45,346 bases of DNA from Candidatus Parcubacteria bacterium (lineage in GTDB: Bacteria; Patescibacteriota; Minisyncoccia; Phycocordibacterales; Phycocordibacteraceae), in contig JAKFXG010000024.1 in assembly GCA_021731495.1 (NCBI GenBank), positions 1-45,346 of the forward strand, given 5' to 3'. Every line of letters begins with the position of its first letter. Within the stretch, counting starts at the first letter, position 1. A program made the translations under genes and the position numbers. This document shows, in pieces, positions 35,693 to 45,346 of the stretch. The notes under the pieces were generated by a model. That model saw only the letters and a program-made list of their open reading frames with translations, was not told the origin of the DNA and ran no database searches.

Positions 35693-36349
35693 TCAGAAGT
35701 AAGGGTGTCCGTTGATGTGGATGAGAACGGTATCCGTGAATTGCTCGAGGTGTTTCATCGAGCCCAGTCGCGCCTCGCGCTCCTCTACGCATTTCCGCAC
35801 TAGCTCGCGTATTGAGTGCAGAACCTGCGTAAACACTTTTACGTCAGCGAGTTCGACTTGTAAATCGTTCTCGGAGACACGTAGAAAGGTCGAAACCTCA
35901 GCGACTTCTCGGATTCCGGAACGATGCGATCTGTAGCCAAGGCCGTGCTCGACATAACGACGGTACTTCTGCTGCCACTTAATGAACTCTCCATCCTGAG
36001 TCAAAAGGAGCTCCACCTGCTCCACGTAGTGACAACCGAATCCGCTGCCGGCGGGGTTGTCGTCAGAGGCTTTGTACAAGATCGTCGCCAAGTGCAAGCA
36101 TCGGGTGTGGTCAAAAATAGTAGTTGCAAATTGGATCACCCCGTGGTCCGTTTCGCGCCGATCGTAGTTACCCATGTTCTTGTTCGTCATATCCCGGATT
36201 TCATTGAACCCGGGCATGTACTTTAAGTGCGAAGAGAACCGCTGCCGTAGCTTCAGCATAATGGCGAAACGGTCAGCCACTTCCAAATCCGCAGCGTCCA
36301 CCTTATGTTCGCTGAGAATCATATCAACCGGTCTGATGGGCGTACCCAT
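35693..36349 (-). CDS. hypothetical protein
   Basis: about 218-aa ORF with SD-like GGAG, hairpin ATGCGCCGA/TCGGCGCAT downstream; no family recognised. Confidence 0.7.
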   Translation of the reverse strand: MGTPIRPVDMILSEHKVDAADLEVADRFAIMLKLRQRFSSHLKYMPGFNEIRDMTNKNMGNYDRRETDHGVIQFATTIFDHTRCLHLATILYKASDDNPAGSGFGCHYVEQVELLLTQDGEFIKWQQKYRRYVEHGLGYRSHRSGIREVAEVSTFLRVSENDLQVELADVKVFTQVLHSIRELVRKCVEEREARLGSMKHLEQFTDTVLIHINGHPYF

Positions 36350-36469
36350 TTCCAGACTCCTTCTCAATGTGCTCCAGGTTCATTCCTGGTGCCGGGGCTA
36401 CAATACCACCATTCCTTTAATAATTGCAACAAAAGCAAGACCCTGCCGAGCCCTCGGTGGGGCCGCTCA

Positions 36470-36619
36470 GGAGGCGCTGGAATAGCCTTACGGGGGTTGG
36501 ACACCAAAGGTTGAATCGCCGACACACCGCCAGTTAGGGAGAAAGGCGGCAGGCGACGCCTCGTCGTGCCATTGGGTGCTCGAAAGGGTCTCGCGAGATG
36601 GGTACCCGCAGTACCTTCG
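36470..36619 (+). pseudogene. fragmented tRNA-Ser(GGA)-derived sequence with insertions
   Basis: collinear blocks GGAGGCG, CACCGCC, GAAAGGCGGCAGGC and GCTCGAAAGGGTCTCG identical to the tRNA at 35346. Confidence 0.6.
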
Positions 36620-36621
36620 GG

Positions 36622-36858
36622 TTACGGGGTGGTGTTTGACGTTTCTGAACTGGCGCCTGGAGTTGGAAGGGTGACATTTATATTGGTATCACCTGTTTCA
36701 CTTTCGTTTGGCGTTGGCTCGGTTCCACGCTGGCTCATCCAGTAATATGCACCGATCGCGATAATTGCAAGAAGTATGACAACTGCCACTGCCCACCCGC
36801 TGCCACCTTCTGTTTCTACTACGCGCTCAGGGCCTGGATTATTTACGATTGTGGTCAT
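36622..36858 (-). CDS. small single-TM protein
   Basis: 78 aa, TM WAVAVVILLAIIAIGAYYW, T/P-rich tail. Confidence 0.75.
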   Translation of the reverse strand: MTTIVNNPGPERVVETEGGSGWAVAVVILLAIIAIGAYYWMSQRGTEPTPNESETGDTNINVTLPTPGASSETSNTTP

Positions 36859-36950
36859 AAAGATTACCTATGCTTTTTAATTTGTTAATTAATACTGACT
36901 CCCGCTAGTATACAACGTAACCCAAGCGCAATAAGAGAGAATCCGCTACT

Positions 36951-37442
36951 ATGTGTCTTATGAGATCGTGGCATTTTTACGGGGTCTTGCTGGTCGCCGG
37001 TGTGGCTATTGCGGGAGTGCTCATGTATAGGACAGAATTGGTACCGACAGCACCATCCATGAGGGCGTTTTCGATAGCGGAGTTTGGCAACGTGTCCTTA
37101 ATAATCGAGCATGCGGCAACGGAAGCGGAGCGAGAAGCAGGTTTGGGCGGCCGTGAGAGCATCCCAGGCGATTATGGCATGCTATTTGTCTTTCCTAAAA
37201 ACGATTTCCATGGCTTCTGGATGAAGGATACATTAATGCCGCTCGATATATTTTGGCTGGACGATAAAGGACATGTGGTTTCGATTGCTGAGAATGTAGC
37301 TACCTCAAGTTATCCAAATGTCTTTTATCCATCAGCACCAGCTCGATATGTCCTTGAGACCGTTGCAGGCTTCGCACGCACGCATCGTATTGTAACCGGC
37401 ACTCCGCTGTTGTTGAAAAATTTTCCGACTGTTTCAAAGTAA
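36951..37442 (+). CDS. DUF192 family protein
   Basis: REAGLGGR, GMLFVF, FWMKDTLMPLDIFWLD, ARYVLE..AG. Confidence 0.92.
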   Translation: MCLMRSWHFYGVLLVAGVAIAGVLMYRTELVPTAPSMRAFSIAEFGNVSLIIEHAATEAEREAGLGGRESIPGDYGMLFVFPKNDFHGFWMKDTLMPLDIFWLDDKGHVVSIAENVATSSYPNVFYPSAPARYVLETVAGFARTHRIVTGTPLLLKNFPTVSK

Positions 37443-37532
37443 CACTATCCACAGGGTATTTCCCACAGACAGGAGTATAATTTCCCTAAAGAAGAGCTAT
37501 TCGTCATTACTAATTTATTAACCGCCCTGCTC

Positions 37533-39914
37533 ATGTCAAAGACCATCAAAGTTTCTGCGCGCGCGAAGACCGGAACAGCTGTTGCCGCTTCGGAGACGCC
37601 GGTCTCGAAAGAAACACTTCGCTATCGCGAGATGATTCCAAAAATCGAGAAACGCGATGGACGGCTTGTTGCGTTTGATTTCGATAAAATTGCCACGGCC
37701 ATTTGGAAGGCGATGGCGGCGGCAGAAGAAGGAAGTCAGGACGATGCGAATCTCGTGGCACATCAAGTGTCTGGAGAACTCGGGCGATTTGCGAAGAAAT
37801 ATAAGAGCTTCCTTCCGACAGTTGAAGGCATGCAGGATTCGATAGAGAAGTATCTTATTTTGAATGACTACGTGAAGACGGCGAAAGCGTACATCCTCTA
37901 TCGCGACAAGCGTGCGCAGTTGCGGGCAGCACATGTTGAAGTCCCGGAGCGTGTGCGGAAGCTTGCCGATGAAAGCAAGAAATACTTTGACGGGAATATT
38001 CTCGGTGAGTTCGTTTATTTGCGCACGTACGCAAAGTGGATTCCAGAAGAAGGGCGGCGCGAGACGTGGGTGGAGACCGTCGATCGCTATATGAGCTTCA
38101 TGCGCGAAAATCTCGGCAACAAACTCACCGAGAAAGAGTATGCCGAGGTGCGCATGGGGATCCTAAAACAAGAAGTGATGCCATCTATGCGCCTCATGCA
38201 ATTCTCCGGAGATGCGGCGCGCCGCTGCAACGCGTGCGGCTACAATTGTTCGTTTACCGCGCCGGTCAAGCTCGAAGACTTCGCGGAGATCATGTATCTC
38301 TCGATGCAGGGATGCGGCGTCGGTTTCGCGGTAGAGAGCCAGAATGTGGAACAGCTTCCGCAGATCATGAAGCAGTCGAAGCAGATGTTACCAGCGCACG
38401 TGGTCGCAGACTCTAAAGAAGGATGGTGCGATGCGCTTACGCTTGGTCTCAAGACCTGGTATGCAGGGAAAGACGTCACCTTTGATTTCTCCCAGATCCG
38501 CCCGGCAGGCGCACGTCTCAAAGTGATGGGAGGCAAAGCATCGGGCCCGGAACCGCTTCGATCCCTGCTTGCTTTCGCTCGTGAGAAGATATTCGCGCGA
38601 GTGGGCCGTCGTCTGCGCGCCATCGACGTACACGACATCATCTGCAAGATCGGCGAATGCGTGGTCGCCGGCGGTGTGCGTCGCACGGCCATGATTTCGC
38701 TCTCGGATCTCGATGATGTGGAGATGCGCGACGCTAAAAAGGGCCAATTCTATATGACCGACCCTCATCGTTCCGTTGCGAACAATTCCGCGGTCTATGA
38801 ATCTCAACCGACCAATACCGAACTTATGGACGAATGGGTCGCGCTCATGAAGAGTGGAAGCGGCGAGCGCGGTATCTTCAATCGCGGATCGCTCGCGGTC
38901 ACGCTCCCGAAGCGGCGTGCGGAGTATTTCAAGAAACTTGGCTTTATCGGCGAGGATAGCGTCACACACGGGTCTGTCGGTACAAACCCATGCGCCGAGA
39001 TCATTTTGCAATCCAAGCAATTCTGCAATCTCTCGGAAGTTATCGCTCGCGCACACGATACGGAAGCATCACTTCTGAAGAAAGCACGTCTGGCCTCTAT
39101 TATTGGTACCTATCAATCAACGCTCACAAAGTTCGGCTATATCTCGGAGGAGTGGACTAACAACTGTGCTGCGGAACGGCTTCTTGGTGTATCGATAACG
39201 GGACAGTGGGATTCACCTGTGGCGCGCCAGCCGGAAGTCATGCGAAAAGTGCGCGACGTGGCCGTCAAAACGAATGCGGCGTACGCGAAGCGTTTTGGTG
39301 TCCAGCAATCGATGTCGGTGACCGCCGTAAAGCCTTCCGGCACCGTCTCACAAACTTTCAATTGTGCATCAGGCATCCATCCGCGCCATGCACCGTACTA
39401 CATCCGCCGCGTGCGTATCAGCGCGACCGACTCGCTGTTCAAGATGATGCGTGATCAGGGTGTGCCGTACTATCCGGAAGTGGGGCAGTCGATGGAGGAG
39501 GCGAATACTTATGTGCTCGAATTCCCGGTCAAGGCTCCCGACCACTCAAAGGAGGCGCGATTCAAAGACGATCTCTCGGCGATTGAACAGCTCGAGTACT
39601 GGAAGCGGGTAAAGCTCAATTTTACCGAGCATAATCCTTCCGCAACCATCTCCGTAAGCGAGAATGAATGGATTGCCGTAGTGGACTGGGTGCAGAAGAA
39701 TTGGGACATCATTGGCGGGCTTTCATTCCTCCCGCGCAGTAATCACGTGTACCGCCTCGCCCCATACGAATCAATAACAAAAGAAGAATACGAAAGTCGT
39801 TTGGCTCGGTTCCCCAAGATTGATTACTAAAAGCTTTATGCGTACGAGCGCCAGGATGAAACGGAGATGAAGAAGGAGTTGGCTTGTGCCGGTGGAACCT
39901 GCGAAATAGAATAA
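37533..39914 (+). CDS. nrdJ: class II (AdoCbl) ribonucleoside-triphosphate reductase with N-terminal ATP cone; in-frame TAA at 39828-39830
   Basis: KRDGR ATP cone, RTY, RRETW, PSMR, YNC, GCGVG, VRRTAMI, TNPCAEI, VKPSGT; frame continues after the stop to ELACAGGTCEIE*. Confidence 0.9.
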
Positions 39915-39926
39915 AACGCTTCACGT

Positions 39927-40064
39927 GAGTGTAATTTCGGAGCACGCGTCGTCCTCCCCTGCGGGAGGACGTGCTCACTCTCGGCTCGCAAATTTCGGCG
40001 CGGACCCCTACGGCGCCAAAATTTCCATGCTGCTTCGCCTCCGAGAGTCTCCAAAATTACGCTC
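39927..40064. repeat. nested multi-hairpin intergenic element
   Basis: outer GAGTGTAATTTCGGAG/CTCCAAAATTACGCTC; inner GTCCTCCC/GGGAGGAC and ACTCTCGG/CCGAGAGT. Confidence 0.7.
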
Positions 40065-40091
40065 CCGTTCCGCTAGAGGGGGAGTGGATAA

Positions 40092-40128
40092 GCGAAAACC
40101 CACGCAGGAGCGTGGGTTTTCGCATTTT
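40092..40128. terminator. terminator between convergent nrdJ and rnpB
   Basis: GCGAAAACCCACGC-AGGA-GCGTGGGTTTTCGC. Confidence 0.8.
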
Positions 40129-40132
40129 GTGT

Positions 40133-40479
40133 AGACTGGGCCGATAAGCCGAATTCTGTCGTGGGCGATCATTTATCTGGGCCCGCAATTGCTTGCGAGC
40201 TCGAGCGGCACTCCCCAACGGGGCACGGCCTTGCATGCGAGTAAGGATTTATTCGTTGCACCTTTCCAGTTACCTGGAAAACTCGCCCTGTCAGAGTGAC
40301 GGGGCGCCCTCAGCTTTCGCTTGTGGGCGTCTCTGTAGGCACCTCTATCCTCGCGGACGACGGGCGTTACCCGCTACCTTTCGCGGCGGAAGCTTCTCCA
40401 CCGCGTGCATGTTCGGACTTTCCTCTCGGCACTTTCTAAAAAATCCTAGAAAGTGCCGGGCGATCGCCTAGCCCAGTCC
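40133..40479 (-). ncRNA. rnpB: RNase P RNA
   Basis: P1 GGACTGGGC/GCCCAGTCT, GAGGAAAGTCCGAAC, 3' ACAGAATTCGGCTTAT. Confidence 0.95.
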
Positions 40480-40584
40480 GCGCTCATTATACCACATCTT
40501 TAGGGTGTGAAGGAGTTTCTGGACAAGCGCGTTCGCAGGGTATACTGGCAGTATTATCACACAATTACATCACACACATTCATC

Positions 40585-42957
40585 ATGCCTCCGCAACAGC
40601 CAGTGAGTATTCAGGGTCGCCGTTCGCTTGATACCGTAAGTGTCTGGGCTCTGCTCGTTACGCTTGTTGCGGCTCTGTTCATATTCATACCATCTGCGGC
40701 GCTTGCGTTTACGACAACCAAAACCTTTCTGCTCGCTGCCGGCGCACTTGTCACTCTTGCGCTCTACATCCTCGCGCGTCTCTCACGCGGCAACGTCATC
40801 CTTCCTCCCGCGATACTCATTGGCGCGCTCTGGCTACCCATTGTTGCCTATGCGCTTTCAGCGGCGTTTTCTGGCGTACCGTTCACGAATGCTTTTTGGG
40901 GAACCGCGCTTGAACCGGATACGCTCGGCTTCATGCTCGTCGCGGCATGTCTTGGCACCCTATCTGCACTTGTGCTACGGCGGCCTGAACACTATCGTTC
41001 GCTTCTCCGCGTGGGTGCGTACGTGTTCGGCGCCGTTGTTCTCCTTCAGGCGCTTATTGTCATCGTCGGACAATTTGCTCCAAACACAATCGCGCCGGCG
41101 TTTTCGATCATCGGCTCTTTCGGAGATCTCGCTTCCTTGCTTGGGTTAGGCGTCGTCATTATCCTCATCACGCTCCGATTCATGGAGCTCTCACCGCGTA
41201 CGTATCGTGCACTTCTTGTAAGCGGGGGAGGGGCGCTCTTCCTGCTTGCGATCGCAAACTCTTCGCTTGTGTGGATCCTCATCGCCCTTGTCTCCCTCGG
41301 TCTCTTTGTGGAAGCCATTATGAAGCGTGGGTCAAAGACGGTTGACGCCGATCTCGACGAATCCATCATTATGGATGAAGCGCCGCTCGAGATGGATGAA
41401 GGAAATCATTCCCTCGTCTTACCGCTTGCCGTGCTTGCCGTGGCCCTCTTCTTCCTCATCAGCGGCACGCTTGGCGGCGCACTCGCGAACGCACTTCACG
41501 TAAATACGCTTAACGTCCGTCCTTCCTGGCAATCGACATTCTCGGTCGCGGAGAAGACATACGCTACCACTCCGGTCTTCGGTTCAGGTCCGGGAACCTT
41601 CGGAGTCGAGTGGCTCAAGTATCGTGACGCGTCTCTTAATTCGACGGTCTTTTGGAATATCGACTTCTCTTCCGGCATCGGCTTCATTCCGACGTCGTTC
41701 GTGACGACCGGCATCGTGGGAGCTCTCGCGTGGCTCGCATTCCTAGGGCTTTTCATCGTGTTTGGTCTGCGCATGCTCGTCCTGCGCACACCAGAGGATG
41801 CGCTTGTCCGCTATGTCGCCATAATTTCATTTGTCGGCTCAATGTACCTCTTTACGATCGCCGTATTCGACTTGCCAAGCGCGTCCGTCTTCGTTCTTCT
41901 CTTCATCTTCGCCGGACTCTTCGCTTCGACGATGCGATATGCCGCACATGGTCGGCAGTGGGGCATCATATTCTCGCGAAGTCCGCGAGTCGGCTTCATC
42001 ATCGTATTCTCGCTTACCATTCTCCTGCTCTCGTCCGTTGTCGCCGCGTATACGCTTGTCGCGCGGTACATTGCCGTAACGCAGTCCTCAAACGCGGTAG
42101 CCGCATTCTCCGCAGGAGATCTGGATTCGGCTGAGCGAGCCGCGCAAAATTCGATTTCATTTGCACCTTCGGCAAGTGCCTACCAAATCCAGGCTGGCAT
42201 TGCAAACACGCGACTCAACCTTATAGCATCGTCCTCAAGCATGCCGGTAGCGGCCGCGCAGCAAGCATTTCAGGCGGCACTCTCTGCAGGCATCAATGCC
42301 GCGCTGACTGCTACGAACCTCGATCCTTCTAACTATCAGAACTGGCTCGCGCTTGGGAGTCTCTACGCGCAGGCAGTGCCGCTCGGGGTCTCGGGCGCCT
42401 ATGAGAGTGCCAAGACCGCGTACGAAAAAGCACGGGTGCTAAATCCGACAAGTCCGCAAATTCTCTTTACTCTCGCACAGCTTGAAATCGCAAATAAGAA
42501 CACCGCGGCCGCCGAAGAATACCTGAAAGCCGCAATCGCGCTTAAACAGGATTATACGGCTGCGATCTTCCTCCTCTCACAGCTCTTAGTGCAGGACGGT
42601 AACATACAAGATGCGCTCGCTTCAGCCCTTGCTGCTGCCTACTTCACCCCGAATGACCCGAACATTCTCTTCCAGGTCGGCATCTTGTACGCCGCGCAGA
42701 ACGATCTCGCAAATGCCGCGTCTGCACTCAACGCATCGGTCGCAGCGAATCCGCAATTTGCAAATGCGAGGTACTTCCTCTCCGCTGTGTACGCAAAACA
42801 GGGCGACCTGAAGAATGCGCTCCTGCAGATGCAAGCGATTGCGGACATGTCGAGCGATAATGCACAGGCGGTCGCTTCCCAGCTTGCCGCGCTTATGGCA
42901 GGCAAGAATCCATTCCCTGCGAACCTTCTCTCCATATCCGCGGCTCCAGTACAATAG
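40585..42957 (+). CDS. O-antigen-ligase-like polytopic membrane protein with C-terminal TPRs
   Basis: many TM segments, PVFGSGPGTF, TTGIVG, TPR-like helices ending LDPSN/LNPTS/ANPQFANARY. Confidence 0.8.
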   Translation: MPPQQPVSIQGRRSLDTVSVWALLVTLVAALFIFIPSAALAFTTTKTFLLAAGALVTLALYILARLSRGNVILPPAILIGALWLPIVAYALSAAFSGVPFTNAFWGTALEPDTLGFMLVAACLGTLSALVLRRPEHYRSLLRVGAYVFGAVVLLQALIVIVGQFAPNTIAPAFSIIGSFGDLASLLGLGVVIILITLRFMELSPRTYRALLVSGGGALFLLAIANSSLVWILIALVSLGLFVEAIMKRGSKTVDADLDESIIMDEAPLEMDEGNHSLVLPLAVLAVALFFLISGTLGGALANALHVNTLNVRPSWQSTFSVAEKTYATTPVFGSGPGTFGVEWLKYRDASLNSTVFWNIDFSSGIGFIPTSFVTTGIVGALAWLAFLGLFIVFGLRMLVLRTPEDALVRYVAIISFVGSMYLFTIAVFDLPSASVFVLLFIFAGLFASTMRYAAHGRQWGIIFSRSPRVGFIIVFSLTILLLSSVVAAYTLVARYIAVTQSSNAVAAFSAGDLDSAERAAQNSISFAPSASAYQIQAGIANTRLNLIASSSSMPVAAAQQAFQAALSAGINAALTATNLDPSNYQNWLALGSLYAQAVPLGVSGAYESAKTAYEKARVLNPTSPQILFTLAQLEIANKNTAAAEEYLKAAIALKQDYTAAIFLLSQLLVQDGNIQDALASALAAAYFTPNDPNILFQVGILYAAQNDLANAASALNASVAANPQFANARYFLSAVYAKQGDLKNALLQMQAIADMSSDNAQAVASQLAALMAGKNPFPANLLSISAAPVQ

Positions 42958-43011
42958 TCTTGAAAGCCTGATTTTCTCGCTTAGGGCTGAAAACTGGAGT
43001 AACATACAACG

Positions 43012-44694
43012 ATGGTTCGACAGATTTTTGAGCGCATCGTGGCACCGGTGCGCGGTCTGCATCAGGCCGCGTACTTGCTTGCCGCTCTCACGCTCGCTTC
43101 GCAAATTCTCGCGCTTCTACGGGACAGGACGTTTGCGCACATGTTCGGCGCAGGCCAAACACTCGACCTCTACTATGCGGCGTTTCGCGTACCGGATCTC
43201 GTCTTCGCTCTCGTCTCCTCGCTCGTGAGCGCGTATGTGCTCATTCCGCTCATCACGGGAATGGACAGGGAAGCAACGCGCCGACTCCTTTCGGAGTCGG
43301 CGTCATTTCTTTTCGGCGTCGGAGGACTCATTTGTGTGGTGCTTGCGATTTTCATGCCGCAGTTCCTCGCACTCTTGTATCCAAGTTTTGTCGCATCCCC
43401 TGAGTACGGCGAGTTCGTACTGCTTGCACGCATCCTCCTTCTTCAGCCAATTCTCCTCGGCCTTTCGGGCGTACTTGCGAGCGTGACGCAAGTGCGCCGG
43501 CGCTTCACGCTCTTCGCTCTCTCGCCCGTCCTCTACAATCTCGGCATCATCCTTGGCGCGGTTGCACTGTATCCTCGTTTTGGCCTCCCGGGCATCGGTA
43601 TCGGTGTCGTTATCGGCGCGGTTGCGTACCTCTCCGTGAATATCCCGGTCGTAATGGAGGCGGGTGTACTGCCACGCCTTCGTATGCCCGGGTTCGCTTC
43701 AATGGCCTCAGTAATTCGAGATTCCGCACCGCGCGCGCTTGCGCTTGGTATGGGTTCGGTTACGGCGCTTGCGCTCACCGCAATGGCTTCGAGGCTCGGT
43801 ACGGGCGCGGTTTCTGTCTTTACGTTTGCGAGTAATCTCGAGGCGGTTCCTCTCGCGCTCATCGGGTCTTCCTACGCCGTTGCGGCGTTCCCGGCACTCT
43901 CAGAGGTCTCAACTCCGGATAAGCGCAGTGAGTTCACCCGTATCCTCTCGGCGAGCGCACGGCACATCATTCTCTGGTCGGTCGTCGCGATCGGACTCAC
44001 TGCGGTTCTGCGCGCACATATCGTGCGCGTTGTCCTTGGAACCGGCGCGTTTGATTGGGATGCGACGCGCCTCACCGCCGCCCTGCTCGTCATTCTTGCC
44101 GTGGGTCTTGCCGCCCAAGGGCTTATCCTCCTTTTCTCGCGCGCGCTCTATGCGGCCCGCCAATCCTGGCGGCCGTTTTTCTACCAGTTCGCGGGCGGCG
44201 CGCTCACCGTGCTTCTTGCTGTCGTTTTTCTCCGAATGGAGACAACGGGACTGCCGGCATCGCTTGCAACTTTCCTGAAGGTCGGTGATATTCAAGGGAC
44301 CGCCATCCTGCTTCTTGCGCTTGCTGCAACGCTCGGACAGATTTTCCTTGCGTTGCTCTCCCTCCTTGCGCTTCGCAACATCGCTCCCGGTCTCGACCGT
44401 ACACTCGTCCGACCGCTCATAGACGGCTGTGTTGCGGCTCTTGCCGGCGGTACGGCGGCGTATGTCACGCTCGTACTTGAGGGCGGTATTGCACCGCTTA
44501 CGACGCTTATGTCGGTCTTCACACAAGGATTCATAGCTGGTAGTGTGGGTCTTATCGCGTCAGCGCTTGCGCTCTATTTCGTCGAAAATGAGGAATTTCG
44601 CATCGTAGCGAGTGCGCTGGGCAGACTCATTCGTTTCCCGGGCCATCGCGCTGATGTTCTTGCACCGTCCGCTGACGGGCCGATACAACCGTGA
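43012..44694 (+). CDS. murJ: lipid II flippase MurJ
   Basis: SQILALLRDR, DLYYAAFRVPD, ALSPVLYN, AAFPALS, RALYA. Confidence 0.92.
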   Translation: MVRQIFERIVAPVRGLHQAAYLLAALTLASQILALLRDRTFAHMFGAGQTLDLYYAAFRVPDLVFALVSSLVSAYVLIPLITGMDREATRRLLSESASFLFGVGGLICVVLAIFMPQFLALLYPSFVASPEYGEFVLLARILLLQPILLGLSGVLASVTQVRRRFTLFALSPVLYNLGIILGAVALYPRFGLPGIGIGVVIGAVAYLSVNIPVVMEAGVLPRLRMPGFASMASVIRDSAPRALALGMGSVTALALTAMASRLGTGAVSVFTFASNLEAVPLALIGSSYAVAAFPALSEVSTPDKRSEFTRILSASARHIILWSVVAIGLTAVLRAHIVRVVLGTGAFDWDATRLTAALLVILAVGLAAQGLILLFSRALYAARQSWRPFFYQFAGGALTVLLAVVFLRMETTGLPASLATFLKVGDIQGTAILLLALAATLGQIFLALLSLLALRNIAPGLDRTLVRPLIDGCVAALAGGTAAYVTLVLEGGIAPLTTLMSVFTQGFIAGSVGLIASALALYFVENEEFRIVASALGRLIRFPGHRADVLAPSADGPIQP

Positions 44695-45346
44695 ATCAAA
44701 AACAAATCAGAAATTTTTCTATTATTGCGCACGTTGATCACGGCAAGTCGACGCTTGCTGACCGTCTGCTTGAGCGCACCGGGGCTATTCCCGTGCGTCT
44801 CATGCGCGATCAAGTGCTTGACCGCATGGATCTCGAACGCGAACGGGGTATCACCATCAAAATGCAGCCTGTGCGCATGCAGTACGGCGACTACACGCTT
44901 AATCTGATCGATACGCCTGGGCACATTGATTTTTCATACGAAGTTTCGCGCGCGCTCCACGCGGTCGAGGGCGTGCTCCTGCTTGTTGACTCGACACAGG
45001 GTGTGCAAGCGCAAACGTTGACCACGCTTGCCGCGGCACAGGCTCAGAAGTGCGTCATCATTCCGGTCGTTTCAAAAATAGACTCCCCGGCCGCGCGCGT
45101 GAGCGAAGTGAAAGCGGAACTCGCGAAGTTGTTGCGCGTATCGCCGGATGATGTCCTCGCCGTGTCGGGGAAGACAGGCACGGGTGTCGATGAACTTCTT
45201 GAGGCCATCGTACATCGTGTGCCGCCGCCTCACGAGTCTTCGCCGGAGGCGGGGGAAGAGCCTCGCGGTCTCATTTTCGATTTTTCCTATTCCACACATC
45301 GCGGCGTCGCTGTGTACCTGCGCGTCTTTGACGGCACGTTCAAGAA
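44691..45346 (+). CDS. lepA: elongation factor 4 (3'-truncated by the window end)
   Basis: GTG start, [52 protein letters not shown]; absent from the ORF track because there is no stop. Confidence 0.96.
   Translation, partial: MNQKQIRNFSIIAHVDHGKSTLADRLLERTGAIPVRLMRDQVLDRMDLERERGITIKMQPVRMQYGDYTLNLIDTPGHIDFSYEVSRALHAVEGVLLLVDSTQGVQAQTLTTLAAAQAQKCVIIPVVSKIDSPAARVSEVKAELAKLLRVSPDDVLAVSGKTGTGVDELLEAIVHRVPPPHESSPEAGEEPRGLIFDFSYSTHRGVAVYLRVFDGTFK

Noticed and set aside
37443-37532. Cobalamin riboswitch before nrdJ
   Set aside because: Only 90 nt intergenic and no B12-box recognisable
39828-39830. Genome-wide stop-codon reassignment
   Set aside because: TAA, TAG and TGA all terminate conserved genes normally here (typA, ftsH, pirin, smpB)

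Overview
Bacterial chromosome segment, most consistent with a Patescibacteria/CPR (Parcubacteria-like) genome. This is an inference from the tRNA-Ile(UAU), CCA-less RNA genes, -10 boxes 6-7 nt before start codons and many intergenic palindromes. Backbone: MFS, pseudouridine synthase, ABC-F, pirin, SDR, typA, FAD oxidoreductase, pyrE/pyrF/pyrC/pyrD, smpB-GIY-YIG-ssrA, ftsH, recG, malic enzyme, lemA-htpX, tRNA-Ser, class II RNR, rnpB, murJ and partial lepA. The main accessory feature is a ~10 kb AT-richer island (13102-23279) integrated in the tmRNA 3' end. It carries a Lamassu-type (ABC three-component) defence system, AbiV, a lone PD-(D/E)xK nuclease, a TerS-like HTH protein and a secreted Cys-rich protein behind a C4-like cloverleaf antisense RNA. 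Its large serine recombinase has the att site inside its own gene, so its C-terminus should be swapped on excision; orphan alternative tails lie at the far end of the island. Other oddities: an in-frame TAA before the redox-active tail of NrdJ, a fragmented tRNA-Ser copy with insertions, a 25-codon tmRNA tag, and MITE-like ends that supply -10 boxes. All protein calls are by motif recognition; no database searches were run.
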